From: a virus
Taxonomy: Duplodnaviria; Caudoviricetes
Virus record (IMG/VR): IMGVR_UViG_3300034374_009547
Direction: 5' to 3' (one strand)
DNA: 64,000 nt
Shown: piece after piece, positions 1 to 9,900 of the stretch
Layout of the letters: the number at the start of each line of letters is the position of its first letter
How positions within the stretch are numbered: position 1 is the stretch's first letter
The notes under the pieces: generated by a model
Databases searched by the model: none
Told to the model about the DNA's origin: nothing
The model's input: only the letters and a program-made list of their open reading frames with translations
Program-made: the position numbers and the translations under genes

Positions 1-86
1 ACGGCGCTGAGAAAAAGGGCAAGCCAGAGACAGCCGATAAAGGTGCAGGTTCACCTCTAAACGGTGCTCCAAAAAGAGCGAAGTAA
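1..86 (+). CDS. 3' end of an upstream head-module gene (partial; possibly prohead core protein)
   Basis: Open frame ...GAEKKGKPETADKGAGSPLNGAPKRAK ending in TAA at 84-86; SD (AAGGA) for the next gene overlaps the stop. Identity inferred from position only. Confidence 0.5.
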   Translation, partial: GAEKKGKPETADKGAGSPLNGAPKRAK

Positions 87-96
87 GGACTGACGT

Positions 97-720
97 ATGA
101 GACTACTGAACGAACATTTGAGCTTTGATGCTGCTAAAATGGTTGTTGAGTCTGCCAACGAAGGCAAAGATCTTTACATGAAAGGTATTTGCATTCAAGG
201 CGGAGTACGCAACGCAAATCAGCGTGTTTATCCCGTTAACGAGATTGGCAGGGCTGTCACCACACTCAACGAACAAATTAGTGGTGGCTACTCAGTGTTA
301 GGCGAAGTAGATCATCCAGATGGACTTAATATTAACTTAGATCGTGTAAGCCATATGATTACAGAAATGTGGATGGATGGCCCAAACGGTTACGGTAAAC
401 TAAAAGTACTACCAACTCCGATGGGACAATTAGTTAAAACAATGCTAGAAAGCGGCGTTAAACTAGGTGTTTCATCGAGAGGTAGTGGTAATGTAAGCGA
501 AAGCGGTAACGGTGAAGTATCAGATTTTGAAATTATTACCGTAGACGTTGTGGCGCAGCCAAGTGCGCCAGGCGCATACCCAACACCGATATACGAACAC
601 CTTATGAACACCCGAGGAGGGTATAAGGCGTTCCAAACATCAAGGGAAGTTCAAGGCGACAAACAGGCACAAAAATATTTAAAAGAGAGCTTATTAGATG
701 TAATAAGCAAACTCCGCTAA
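97..720 (+). CDS. gp21: Prohead core protein protease (T4 gp21-like)
   Basis: Motifs NANQRVYP, LGEVDHP, GVSSRGSG, DVVAQPSAPGAYP typical of T4-like prohead proteases; upstream of scaffold and capsid genes. Confidence 0.95.
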   Translation: MRLLNEHLSFDAAKMVVESANEGKDLYMKGICIQGGVRNANQRVYPVNEIGRAVTTLNEQISGGYSVLGEVDHPDGLNINLDRVSHMITEMWMDGPNGYGKLKVLPTPMGQLVKTMLESGVKLGVSSRGSGNVSESGNGEVSDFEIITVDVVAQPSAPGAYPTPIYEHLMNTRGGYKAFQTSREVQGDKQAQKYLKESLLDVISKLR

Positions 721-737
721 CTAGGAGAGGATATAAA

Positions 738-1829
738 ATGTTAGATGCACTAAAATCACTCTTCGAAAACACTGCACTATCGGAAGAAGTGCGCTCAGAA
801 CTAGAAGAAGCATGGAACGCAAAGGTGAAAGAAAATCGCCTTCAGGTCACTGCGGAACTACGTGAAGAATTTGCTAAAAAGTATGAGCATGATAAAGACA
901 CAATGGTTGAAGCCATTGATGCTATGATGACTGAGAAACTTAGCGAAGAAATTGCAGAATTCCAAGAAGATCGTAAGCAATTAGCTGAAGCAAAAGCAAA
1001 ATTTGCTATTGCACAGCGTAAAAATGCTAATCTAATGAAATCATTTGTTAGTGAACAACTAGCAAAAGAAATCAAAGAACTACACTCAGATCAAAAAGCA
1101 ATGGCTGACAAGTTTGTTGCTCTAGAAGAGTTTGTAGTTGAGTCGCTTGCAAAAGAACTTGCAGAGTTTTATGAAGACAAAAAAGATCTTGCTGAAACAA
1201 AAGTACGTCTTGTACGTGAAGGCAAAGCTCATGTCAATAAAGTTAAAAAAGACTTTATTGAAAAAAGTGCAGCGTTGGTATCTGAAACCGTGTCAAAAGG
1301 TCTTAAAAAAGAGATCTCGGCACTTAAAGAAGATATTGATCAAGCACGTAAAAATGATTTCGGTCGTAAATTATTCGAAGCATTTGCTAACGAATATTCA
1401 CATAGCTATTTAAATGAGAAATCAGAAACAGCTAAACTTTTAAAAGTTATTGACGCAAAAGACAAGCAACTTTCAGAAGCTAAAAATGTGGCGGCGAAAG
1501 CAGTAAAACTTGTGGAAAACAAAGAATCGCAAATTAAAACAATTAACGAATCGGTGGCCCGCAAAGAAACAATTAGCGGTCTAATCTCACCATTGAGCAA
1601 AGACCAACAATCAATTATGATGGATTTACTGGAATCAGTTCAAACAGCAAAACTACGTTCTGCTTTTGATAAGTATCTACCGGCAGTATTAGACGGTAAA
1701 GGTCCAGCAAAACAAAAGGCAGTATTAGCAGAGGCAAAAGAAGTAACAGGCAACAGAACACAAAATGACGTAAAAGCAGACGTAGATCACAATGTGATTG
1801 ATATAAAACGTCTAGCTGGATTAAATTAA
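738..1829 (+). CDS. gp22: Prohead core scaffold protein (T4 gp22-like)
   Basis: E/K-rich coiled-coil protein between protease and major capsid genes; SD AGGAGAGG. Confidence 0.85.
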   Translation: MLDALKSLFENTALSEEVRSELEEAWNAKVKENRLQVTAELREEFAKKYEHDKDTMVEAIDAMMTEKLSEEIAEFQEDRKQLAEAKAKFAIAQRKNANLMKSFVSEQLAKEIKELHSDQKAMADKFVALEEFVVESLAKELAEFYEDKKDLAETKVRLVREGKAHVNKVKKDFIEKSAALVSETVSKGLKKEISALKEDIDQARKNDFGRKLFEAFANEYSHSYLNEKSETAKLLKVIDAKDKQLSEAKNVAAKAVKLVENKESQIKTINESVARKETISGLISPLSKDQQSIMMDLLESVQTAKLRSAFDKYLPAVLDGKGPAKQKAVLAEAKEVTGNRTQNDVKADVDHNVIDIKRLAGLN

Positions 1830-1839
1830 GGAGAAACCT

Positions 1840-3012
1840 ATGTCAGAACTACTAGAAAGTCGCTGGCAAGATACAAAAACAGCACTTCTTGAAGGCCTAT
1901 CAGGCAATAAGAAAGCAGTAATGGCTTCAACATTAGAAAATACTCGCAAGTATTTGGCTGAAACTGCAACTGCTGGTGCTACATCTGCCGGTAACATCGC
2001 AACACTTAACCGTGTTATCCTACCAGTGATTAGACGTGTTATGCCAACCGTCATCGCTAATGAAATCGTTGGTGTTCAACCAATGACTGGACCAGTTGGT
2101 CAAATTCACACACTACGTGTTCGCTACAGCGACACAGCAGGCTCAGGCGCAGCAGGCGCAGTAGCTGGTGAAGAAGCACTATCACCATTCAAAATCGCAG
2201 AAGCATATTCAGGTAATGCTACAACAGCAAAAGCTGATGCAACTGCGGCACTAGAAGGTGCAGCTGGTAACAGACTAAGCATCCAGATCTTGAAACAGAC
2301 CGTGGAAGCTAAATCACGTAAGCTATCAGCACGTTGGACATTTGAAGCGGCACAAGACGCTCAAGCACAACACGGTATCGACGTAGAAGCAGAAATCATG
2401 GCTGCACTAGCACAAGAGATTACTGCAGAAATCGACCAAGAGATTCTAGCATCTCTAAACACACTAGCAGGAACAGGTACAGACACATTTAACCAAGCGG
2501 CTGTATCAGGTACTGCAACATTCGTTGGTGACGAACATGCTGCACTAGCAGTATTAGTTAACCGCGCAGCAAACCGCATCGCACAGCGTACACGCCGTGG
2601 TGCAGGTAACTGGGCTGTTGTTTCACCAGCAATCCTAACCGTACTACAAAGTGCAACTACATCAGCATTTGCACGTACTACAGAGGGTACATTTGAAGCA
2701 CCGACAAACACAAAAATGGTTGGTACATTGAACAATGCAATGAAAGTATATGTAAACACATATGCAGCAGACGACGATGTACTAGTTGGTTACAAAGGTA
2801 CTAGCGAATCAGACGCAGCAGCGTTCTACTGCCCATACATCCCATTGATGAGCAGTGGCGTTGTACTAGATCCGACATCATTCGAACCAGTTGTGAGCTT
2901 CATGACACGTTACGGATATGTTGAGCTATCAAACACAGCATCGTCGCTAGGTAACGCAGCTGACTACCTAGAAAAGGTAGAAGTAAACAGCGGAAACCTA
3001 AGCTTCAGCTAA
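1840..3012 (+). CDS. gp23: Major capsid protein (T4 gp23-like)
   Basis: GVQPMTGPVGQIHTLR, AKSRKLSARWTFEAAQD, AAAFYCPYIPL, FMTRYG motifs; SD AAGGAG; probable maturation site LAE|T. Confidence 0.97.
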   Translation: MSELLESRWQDTKTALLEGLSGNKKAVMASTLENTRKYLAETATAGATSAGNIATLNRVILPVIRRVMPTVIANEIVGVQPMTGPVGQIHTLRVRYSDTAGSGAAGAVAGEEALSPFKIAEAYSGNATTAKADATAALEGAAGNRLSIQILKQTVEAKSRKLSARWTFEAAQDAQAQHGIDVEAEIMAALAQEITAEIDQEILASLNTLAGTGTDTFNQAAVSGTATFVGDEHAALAVLVNRAANRIAQRTRRGAGNWAVVSPAILTVLQSATTSAFARTTEGTFEAPTNTKMVGTLNNAMKVYVNTYAADDDVLVGYKGTSESDAAAFYCPYIPLMSSGVVLDPTSFEPVVSFMTRYGYVELSNTASSLGNAADYLEKVEVNSGNLSFS

Positions 3013-3032
3013 GTTTAAACTTATATGATTTT

Positions 3033-3060
3033 AAAATAGGCCCTACGGGGCCTATTTTTT
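3033..3060 (+). terminator. Rho-independent terminator after major capsid gene
   Basis: AAAATAGGCCC-TACG-GGGCCTATTTT hairpin running into a T-tract. Confidence 0.9.
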
Positions 3061-3074
3061 TGGTATATATTACA

Positions 3075-3914
3075 ATGAAGTTTAATGTTAATAAACATAT
3101 TGAATATAGAAACAATCGATTTACCAAAGTATCAATATCTAATCCTAAGTTATTAGGATTAGCTACAATAGAAATTAATCCAACAGAATTATGCAACAGA
3201 ACTTGTAGTTTTTGTCCTAGAGTTAATCCTTTATTATATCCAAATCGTAATTTAAATATGACAATAGAAACAGCTCAATTAATTGTTGAACAATTATTAG
3301 ATGCTGAGTATAATGGAGATATTAATATTACAGGATTTGGCGAACCATTATTAAATAAAGACATTGTACAAATATGTACTATATTTTCTAAACATTATCA
3401 TACTGAATTAATAACAAACGGCGATAATATTTTAAATGGTAAAATTACTTTACAAGATTTAGAATTCTTAGATTTATTAATTATTGATTGTTACGATGGC
3501 AAAGAACAAGTAAAAAAATTTAAAAATTTACTTAAAAATAAAAAAAATAAATTTATATTGCGTCCACATTATGACACTGGAGATCCTGCATTAATTAATC
3601 AATATGGATTTAACAACAGAGGTGGATTATTATACAAAAAATCTAACAGCAATCCTTGTTATATGCCGTCATATAAAGGATTTATAGATTGGAATGGAGA
3701 TGTAAGACTTTGTTGTAATGATTGGAGTAGGAAGCAATTACCATTTGGAAATATACATAATAATACATTTTCAAAAATATGGATGAATAATAATTTTGTA
3801 AAATTAAGACAAGAATTATACAACGGTAATAGAAATTTTAGTAATGCTTGCGAGACTTGTGATGTATGTGGTACAAAAGTAGGAAAAAATAGTGCTGAAT
3901 TATTTTTAAGCTAA
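3075..3914 (+). CDS. Radical SAM protein with SPASM/twitch domain
   Basis: CNRTCSFC (CxxxCxxC), GFGEPLL, C-terminal CYMP...LCCNDW...CETCDVC. ATG at 3075 preferred over the TTG at 3060 inside the terminator. Very AT-rich. Confidence 0.9.
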   Translation: MKFNVNKHIEYRNNRFTKVSISNPKLLGLATIEINPTELCNRTCSFCPRVNPLLYPNRNLNMTIETAQLIVEQLLDAEYNGDINITGFGEPLLNKDIVQICTIFSKHYHTELITNGDNILNGKITLQDLEFLDLLIIDCYDGKEQVKKFKNLLKNKKNKFILRPHYDTGDPALINQYGFNNRGGLLYKKSNSNPCYMPSYKGFIDWNGDVRLCCNDWSRKQLPFGNIHNNTFSKIWMNNNFVKLRQELYNGNRNFSNACETCDVCGTKVGKNSAELFLS

Positions 3915-3921
3915 GTACATA

Positions 3922-4623
3922 ATGGATATTAGTATTGAAAAAACTCCAAAACAAAAGTTAAGTAAATATGCAATTGATACTGCAAGCGGTATTAGTATTA
4001 CTCATTTGCCTAACACAAGTCTTTCAAAGGTAAAAGATGCAGCAATAGAAATTAATGATTTAGCTGGAAGTTCAAAAGCTATGGCACATATTGCTGCACG
4101 TAATATACAAAGTGAAACTGAACTACATGAAAATTGTATTGCAATGCGCAAAGCAGGTGTTGATAAAGTTTTACTTATTGGAGGCAGTACGTATCATGGA
4201 AAAGTTTTTCAAACATTTTATGAAGTAAGAGATGCTATAGAATCATATGGCTTTGATATGTATTGTGGTGTATATCCACAAAGTGAAACTTACTCTAACA
4301 TGGCATACACAAAGTATTTGCATTTTAAAGGAGGAATAAGTCAACTATGTTTCAATCCTAAAATGTTAAATACTTGGGAAAAGAAGACACGGTACGGTGT
4401 TGCAACTAACTGCTCTCTAGACGGTTTATGGAAATATGCAAAAATTTGTGGAATAACAGATAGTGTTGCTTATGCATTAGGCAATTTAAGAGGATTAACA
4501 TACGTTACTATGAAAGGATTTAACACGGTAAAGTTTGTAAAAGATTTAAGAAATGACAATCCTATACATCTTTATAATTTTGGAAAGTTAGATCAAACAC
4601 TATTACAATTGGAGATGATGTAA
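3922..4623 (+). CDS. Methylenetetrahydrofolate reductase-like (short MetF-like TIM barrel)
   Basis: ISITHLP, AHIAARNIQSETEL, AGVDKVLLIGG, GVYPQ and SQLCF resemble alphaproteobacterial-type MetF; shorter than typical. Confidence 0.65.
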   Translation: MDISIEKTPKQKLSKYAIDTASGISITHLPNTSLSKVKDAAIEINDLAGSSKAMAHIAARNIQSETELHENCIAMRKAGVDKVLLIGGSTYHGKVFQTFYEVRDAIESYGFDMYCGVYPQSETYSNMAYTKYLHFKGGISQLCFNPKMLNTWEKKTRYGVATNCSLDGLWKYAKICGITDSVAYALGNLRGLTYVTMKGFNTVKFVKDLRNDNPIHLYNFGKLDQTLLQLEMM

Positions 4624-4820
4624 TGCCAACAGGAACAATTTACAAATATAATAAAAATAGAAAGTTTAGTGTTATTAGACCTGATAACTGGAAAACAGGA
4701 TTAATTGATGTACTATTTGAAACAATTACTTTTGATGCAAAACTAGGTGATCGTGTTGAATACGATCAAATACAAATAAAAAGTAAAAGATATGCACAAA
4801 ATCTTAAAAAAATAGGTTGA
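4623..4820 (+). CDS. Cold-shock-domain-like (OB-fold) small protein
   Basis: 65 aa; GTIYKYNKNRKFSVI...DVLF...GDRVEYD...RYAQNL follows the CspA pattern with degenerate RNP1/RNP2. Confidence 0.65.
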   Translation: MPTGTIYKYNKNRKFSVIRPDNWKTGLIDVLFETITFDAKLGDRVEYDQIQIKSKRYAQNLKKIG

Positions 4821-4845
4821 CCTTTGTGTATTCTTTTGCTATATT
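4817..4845 (+). promoter_or_regulatory. Sigma70-type promoter
   Basis: TTGACC (4817-4822), 17 nt, TATATT (4840-4845); -35 overlaps the stop codon of the cold-shock-like gene. Confidence 0.75.
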
Positions 4846-4851
4846 AAGAAC

Positions 4852-5131
4852 ATAACAAAGACGACGGTCCGAGTTAGATAGTGCAAGGAAACGCTGCTTG
4901 GTAGAGGCAGTAACTTGGCTAGTAGTTGTAGTGACAGCGCATGAGCAAGGAGACTTGAAGATGTGTTTTTGGAAGTAACTATCCGATGCTAGGCTTCGCT
5001 TTTATGGAAGGATCTACAAAGGCGATTGTTGGTAATCCTTAATCCAACCTATCATATATTATTAATCGTAATACGCGATGCTGAACCTCGATTAATAAAT
5101 TAAAAAGGTCTACTCTGGTAGGCCTTTTTTT
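4852..5131 (+). ncRNA. Candidate structured non-coding RNA (~280 nt), family not recognised
   Basis: Lies between a sigma70 promoter and a terminator, no ORF of useful length, GC-richer than flanks, several nested stems (4869-76/4911-18; 4936-42/4961-67 with CAAG-GAGA-CTTG; 4926-31/5014-19; 5028-32/5044-48; 5059-68/5089-98). Confidence 0.6.
5102..5131 (+). terminator. Rho-independent terminator
   Basis: AAAAAGGTCTAC-TCTG-GTAGGCCTTTTTTT. Confidence 0.85.
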
Positions 5132-5161
5132 GTGAACATAATAACCCATTTTTATGTTTTT

Positions 5162-5169
5162 GATAAATA
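5162..5169 (+). promoter_or_regulatory. T4-like late promoter (GATAAATA)
   Basis: Matches the TATAAATA-type motif that recurs upstream of structural genes in this window. Confidence 0.7.
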
Positions 5170-5261
5170 CTTATGTTAAGGTAACGAGCCTCAACGAGGA
5201 CTTATGAGGACCCAACCTCGTAGACCATAGAACGGCAAATGATTAAAAAAAGGAGAAAATC

Positions 5262-5627
5262 ATGGGACGCCCAGTAAACAAAAGAAACTTCGGTACAACC
5301 GGTGTAGACGCAACACCAAAGGTGCCAATTAGATTCCACGACGGATCAAGTTTAATTGAAGGATATATTCTTTCACAAAGAGGAACAAATAAATTTAATT
5401 GTTCAAACGACGGTGACACAATCACAAGAGTATGCAGACTTACATCAGACGGTTCAGCACCAAACGCAAATTTCGAATGTCAACTAATTGGTATCGGTGC
5501 AGGCGGCGGTGCAATTGCAATTAAGAAATTGTTCAACAGAACAGCAGTAGATTACAATAACAATCGTTATACATGGACAACAGAAGACGACTCTACAGAA
5601 TCATTGCTAAGATTAACTGCAATTTAA
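5262..5627 (+). CDS. Hypothetical protein, probably virion-associated
   Basis: 121-aa ORF, SD AAGGAG, first gene after a late promoter, co-oriented with fibre genes. Confidence 0.75.
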   Translation: MGRPVNKRNFGTTGVDATPKVPIRFHDGSSLIEGYILSQRGTNKFNCSNDGDTITRVCRLTSDGSAPNANFECQLIGIGAGGGAIAIKKLFNRTAVDYNNNRYTWTTEDDSTESLLRLTAI

Positions 5628-5638
5628 GGAGTTAAACT

Positions 5639-6646
5639 ATGGGTATCTTTGTTAATCGAATAGGTGGTAACTACTACAAATTACAAGTTGATACAGGCGG
5701 AGATATTATTCTTGATGTCGGTACAACGGGTAAAGTTACCATTGACGGTGACTTAGATGTGTTAGGTGAACAAACCAGTGTTGGATCCACTCAACTTGTT
5801 GTAGACGATAATACTATTACCGTTAACAACGGAGAGACTGGAAATGGTATAACACTAGGAACTGCCGGACTTATTATGGATCGCGGTACTGATGATGATG
5901 CTCACTTCTTTTTTGATGAATCATTAGTCGGTAAAGGTGCTGAAATTGATGGTGCATTTGTAACAAGAATTGCCACAGGCGATTTAGTTAGCTTATACAC
6001 CAATGCAATATTAACAAACGGCGAGCCACTATATTTGGTAGGTACTGGTACAGGACTTGCAACGGTAACTGGTACAACTGATTATGAAAAACAAATTTGG
6101 AATTACACAGGCGATAACATTAACTTAGAACCTTTAAATCCAGATGGATTAGTTGCACCTAACGATGACGATGCTTTACTCAATGTAAAAGGTTTACAGG
6201 ACTATGTCCGAGACTATTTTGCAATTAACTTTCAAGAAAAAATTACCACAGGAACTTTAACTCCTACAAGAGTTGAAGCATTTGATACAGAAACTGGTGG
6301 AGTTACAAGTAGAGTTGAAATTAGTGTAGATGATACAATAATTGCAACTTTTTATGAAACTAGAGTAGAATTTGAAAATTTAAGATTTGACGATGACACT
6401 ATTACTAGTAACGGAATCAACGGTGATGTTGTGCTAAGAGCAGCAGGAACTGGATTTATTAAAATGGATGATTACACAAATTATACCATTCAAACAGATC
6501 CAGCTAGTCCTCCAACAGAAGGCACATTATTGTATAGTAAAACATTAGGAGATGGTGGTACAGGTTTGTATTTTAAAAATGAAGACGGGACATCAGACGA
6601 ATTGGTTAGTAGGAATAAAGCATTACTTTATAGTATTATATTTTAA
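5639..6646 (+). CDS. Putative tail fibre/baseplate-associated structural protein
   Basis: G/T/D-rich beta-strand content (VTIDGDLDVLGEQTSV, VDDNTITVN) like fibre shaft segments; SD AAGGAG. Confidence 0.6.
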   Translation: MGIFVNRIGGNYYKLQVDTGGDIILDVGTTGKVTIDGDLDVLGEQTSVGSTQLVVDDNTITVNNGETGNGITLGTAGLIMDRGTDDDAHFFFDESLVGKGAEIDGAFVTRIATGDLVSLYTNAILTNGEPLYLVGTGTGLATVTGTTDYEKQIWNYTGDNINLEPLNPDGLVAPNDDDALLNVKGLQDYVRDYFAINFQEKITTGTLTPTRVEAFDTETGGVTSRVEISVDDTIIATFYETRVEFENLRFDDDTITSNGINGDVVLRAAGTGFIKMDDYTNYTIQTDPASPPTEGTLLYSKTLGDGGTGLYFKNEDGTSDELVSRNKALLYSIIF

Positions 6647-6657
6647 GGATAAACAAC

Positions 6658-6990
6658 ATGGCAATAGTAAACGCAGCAATAGCAACAACAGATACGACAC
6701 TACTTACCGTGCCAGCAGGCAAGAAGTATGCTATCACTACTTTGCTTGTTTGTAATACTGCTACAGATGATGGTACAGGTGCAGGAGACACTAAGTTTGA
6801 TTGTCACGTCATACCTGATGGACAAAGTAAAGCAACAACAAATTTAATCATTAATGATTTAGAAGTTGCAGCAGCAGATACTTTTACGTTTGCAGCTGAA
6901 AGATTAATTTTAGAAGAAGGTGATAGAGTTGTAGTTGTTGGAACAACACCTACAAATTTAAGCGCCACACTTAGTTATTTGGAAGTTTAA
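6658..6990 (+). CDS. Small putative tail-associated structural protein
   Basis: 110 aa beta-rich ORF abutting the 3129-aa gene; SD AAGGA. Confidence 0.6.
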   Translation: MAIVNAAIATTDTTLLTVPAGKKYAITTLLVCNTATDDGTGAGDTKFDCHVIPDGQSKATTNLIINDLEVAAADTFTFAAERLILEEGDRVVVVGTTPTNLSATLSYLEV

Positions 6991-9900
6991 ATGAGTTTTA
7001 TTAAGAAGCAGTCATTACACAAAAGAAAAGTAGGAGATAAGTCATTTATTCTTACTGCCGACGGCAACATTGAGATGAATCTTGCTGCCGGTAAAACATT
7101 TACGGTAGATGCAGATTTCATAGCAACTGGAGATGTATCAGGTCCAAAAACAGAAAATGTTTTTTATGTTACAAAAGATGGTAGTGATGATAATGACGGC
7201 CGAAGTTCTGACGGTAAAGGTGCATTTGCAACAATTAAAAAAGCAGCTGAAGTAGCACCTTCTGGCTCAACAATCATTGTTGCACCAGGCGATTATTTTG
7301 AAGAAAATCCTATTACACTTAAAGACTTTGTAACCATTACAGGACAAGGTGAATTACGTAATACAAGATTATTTCCAAAAAATAATACATCAGACTTCTT
7401 CTATATGGGTAATGGCTGTTACTTGTATCAACTTACATTTAGGGCACTTCGTGCGCCAGGATGGTGTGTAAAGATTAGACCAGGTGCATTGGTTACAACA
7501 TCTCCTTATGTACAAAACTGCACAAATATGAACGGTCCTTGGTTAAACGACGGTACTGAATTTATACCGTTTGAAACCGTTCAAATTGAAGGAATTGAAC
7601 CGGGCGCAAGACCACTAACGTTAGCAGATAATCCAAGTCTTCCATTTGACAAACAAGTAAACTTAACCGGTGGCGGTGGCGGGATGTTTGTCGACGGCGA
7701 CCAATATGATCCAGCATCACTTGTGTTTTCATTTGTTGCAGACGCATTTACACAAATTGCTCAAGGTGGTCCAGGATTTGAAGTTACTAACTTTGGTTAT
7801 ACTCAGATTGTTAGTTGCTTCTCTGTTTTCTGTTCAACAGGATTCAAAACAACAAAAGGCGGCTATTTAAGTATCTCTAACTCGGTATCTGACTTTGGTA
7901 CATTTGGTTGTGTTGCAGATGGATTTTATCCAATTGCATATACACAAGCTGTGCCAACTGAAGATTATTTTAGTACCGTTGGTAGTATTACAATCAATCA
8001 ACCAGGAGTTGGATATACCAGCAATCCTACAATTACAATCGAATCCCCAGACGGTGCAGGTGGTGTAACAGCTACCGCTACTGGACAAGTCGACCTTACC
8101 ACAGGACAATTAGCTGCTATTACAATCACAAATAATGGTAGTGGATATACATCAGTACCAACCGTTACAATTACAGGCGGTGGCGCAACTATTCAAGCAG
8201 AAGGTACCGTAAACTTAACAACAAATAGTGTTATATCATTAGCAAGTTTACGAGATAAACCACAAACTGGTAGTATTATAAAATTTGATGACGACGATAC
8301 ATATTACTACATTACAGCAAACTCAATTACAAAGACGCCATTTAATTATAATGAAGAAACTTGTAAAAGAGATGTAAGACGTATTGTTGATGCTGTAACA
8401 GGTGATATTGTTTTAGGAACATATTATCAAACAACAGCAGCCGCTACTAGCTATTTACGTAGTACATCAACAAAGGTTATTTTAGATCAATTAGAACCTA
8501 CAATATATGCAATTGAAGCTGCTAGAGATCAAATGAAAGCAAGAACAACAAATCTTGCAATGAAAGAAGAAATTGATCAGCGTTTTAATATTATTACAAC
8601 AACTTTAGCAGCAGGTGACAGCACTGAAACAGAATTTGTTGGTAGTGACTTTGTAAATGCATTAAATGATATTAATAGTATTGATAATGAAATAATTGAA
8701 GCAAAAAATAACATTCTTGCTAATAGAGATTTTATTATAGAAGAACTTACTGCTTATATTAATGATCAGTTTACAGAACTAAGTTATAACCAAACAAAAT
8801 ATACTAGTGAAATGTCAGAATTTATTACAAGTATGGCATACTACGTAGGCTTTAATGGAAGCGATCATAAAGTTTTAAGGGCTGCTCGCGAATGGAGCAA
8901 TAGTAGAGCAAGATTTAATGATATGATGATATCTAGCTTTAGATATTTACAACAACGTTTCCTTGCATTATCTGAAGTACAAGCAAGTGCAGTTGCAGTT
9001 ACAAATGTTAATGAAGCATTTGAACAACTTGCAAACATTATTGACGAAGGCGATAGTGCAGGTATTACTACAGAATTTCCGGCAGCAGTTGGTACTAATC
9101 AAAATGAAATTGATGCTAGAGATCAATTAATTGCAAATATGGATTTCTTGAAAGCAGAATTTATTGCATATCTTGATAGCATTAACTCAACTATAAGTTA
9201 TACTCAAAGTAAGTTTGAACAAGATGTTGAAAATGCTGTAAATAGTGTAATTTACGATATTATGTACGGAGGTAATACTGCAACTAAAAAAGAAGCTGAT
9301 TATTACTTCAATAGCGAAACTTGGAGTTCTAATTATACTCAAGTTGAAAGACAAGCTATTATTGACTCATGGGCAAGAACACGTTTTGCAATGCAACGTA
9401 TTGTAAGAGGATTGTCAATTACTCCAACTACTGGTAATGCGCAAACACAAGATTTTACAAGTGGCACTGCAACTCAAATCGAAGCAAATATTGCTGATAG
9501 CTTGATTCAGTATTACGAAACCGTTTTGACCGATTTAGCATTAACTAATCTACCACTTGATGTTTTACCGTTATACGATGATGAATCTGTATTACAACAA
9601 GCAGCAGCAAATACTATTTTAGCACAAAGAGATAATTTCATTGAGGATGCAATTGCTTATAATTTAGCAAACAACCCAACTCTAACATATGATGTATCAA
9701 AATGTAAAAGAGATGTAGAATATATTATAGATGCAATATACAGCGATGCACAATTAGGCACAAACCATCGCAGTATTACTGCTGGTTTAGCTTACCAGAG
9801 AGCTAATGTTGCTTATTTGAATACAGAACAAAAACCTGCTACAATTATTGCTATGCGTGAAGCAAAACGTTTGTTAGTTGCAGCGGCAAATGGTAATTCA

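Noticed and set aside
4941-4978. Mini-ORFs MSKET* and SD-led MCFWK* inside the candidate ncRNA
   Set aside because: Only 5 codons each; the apparent AGGAG is part of a GNRA-capped stem, so RNA structure explains it better.
4852-5131. Possible tRNA, tmRNA, RNase P, hammerhead, twister or retron msr-msd identity
   Set aside because: No cloverleaf or CCA end, no GAGGAAAGUCC or CUGAUGA/GAAA cores, and no reverse transcriptase in the window.
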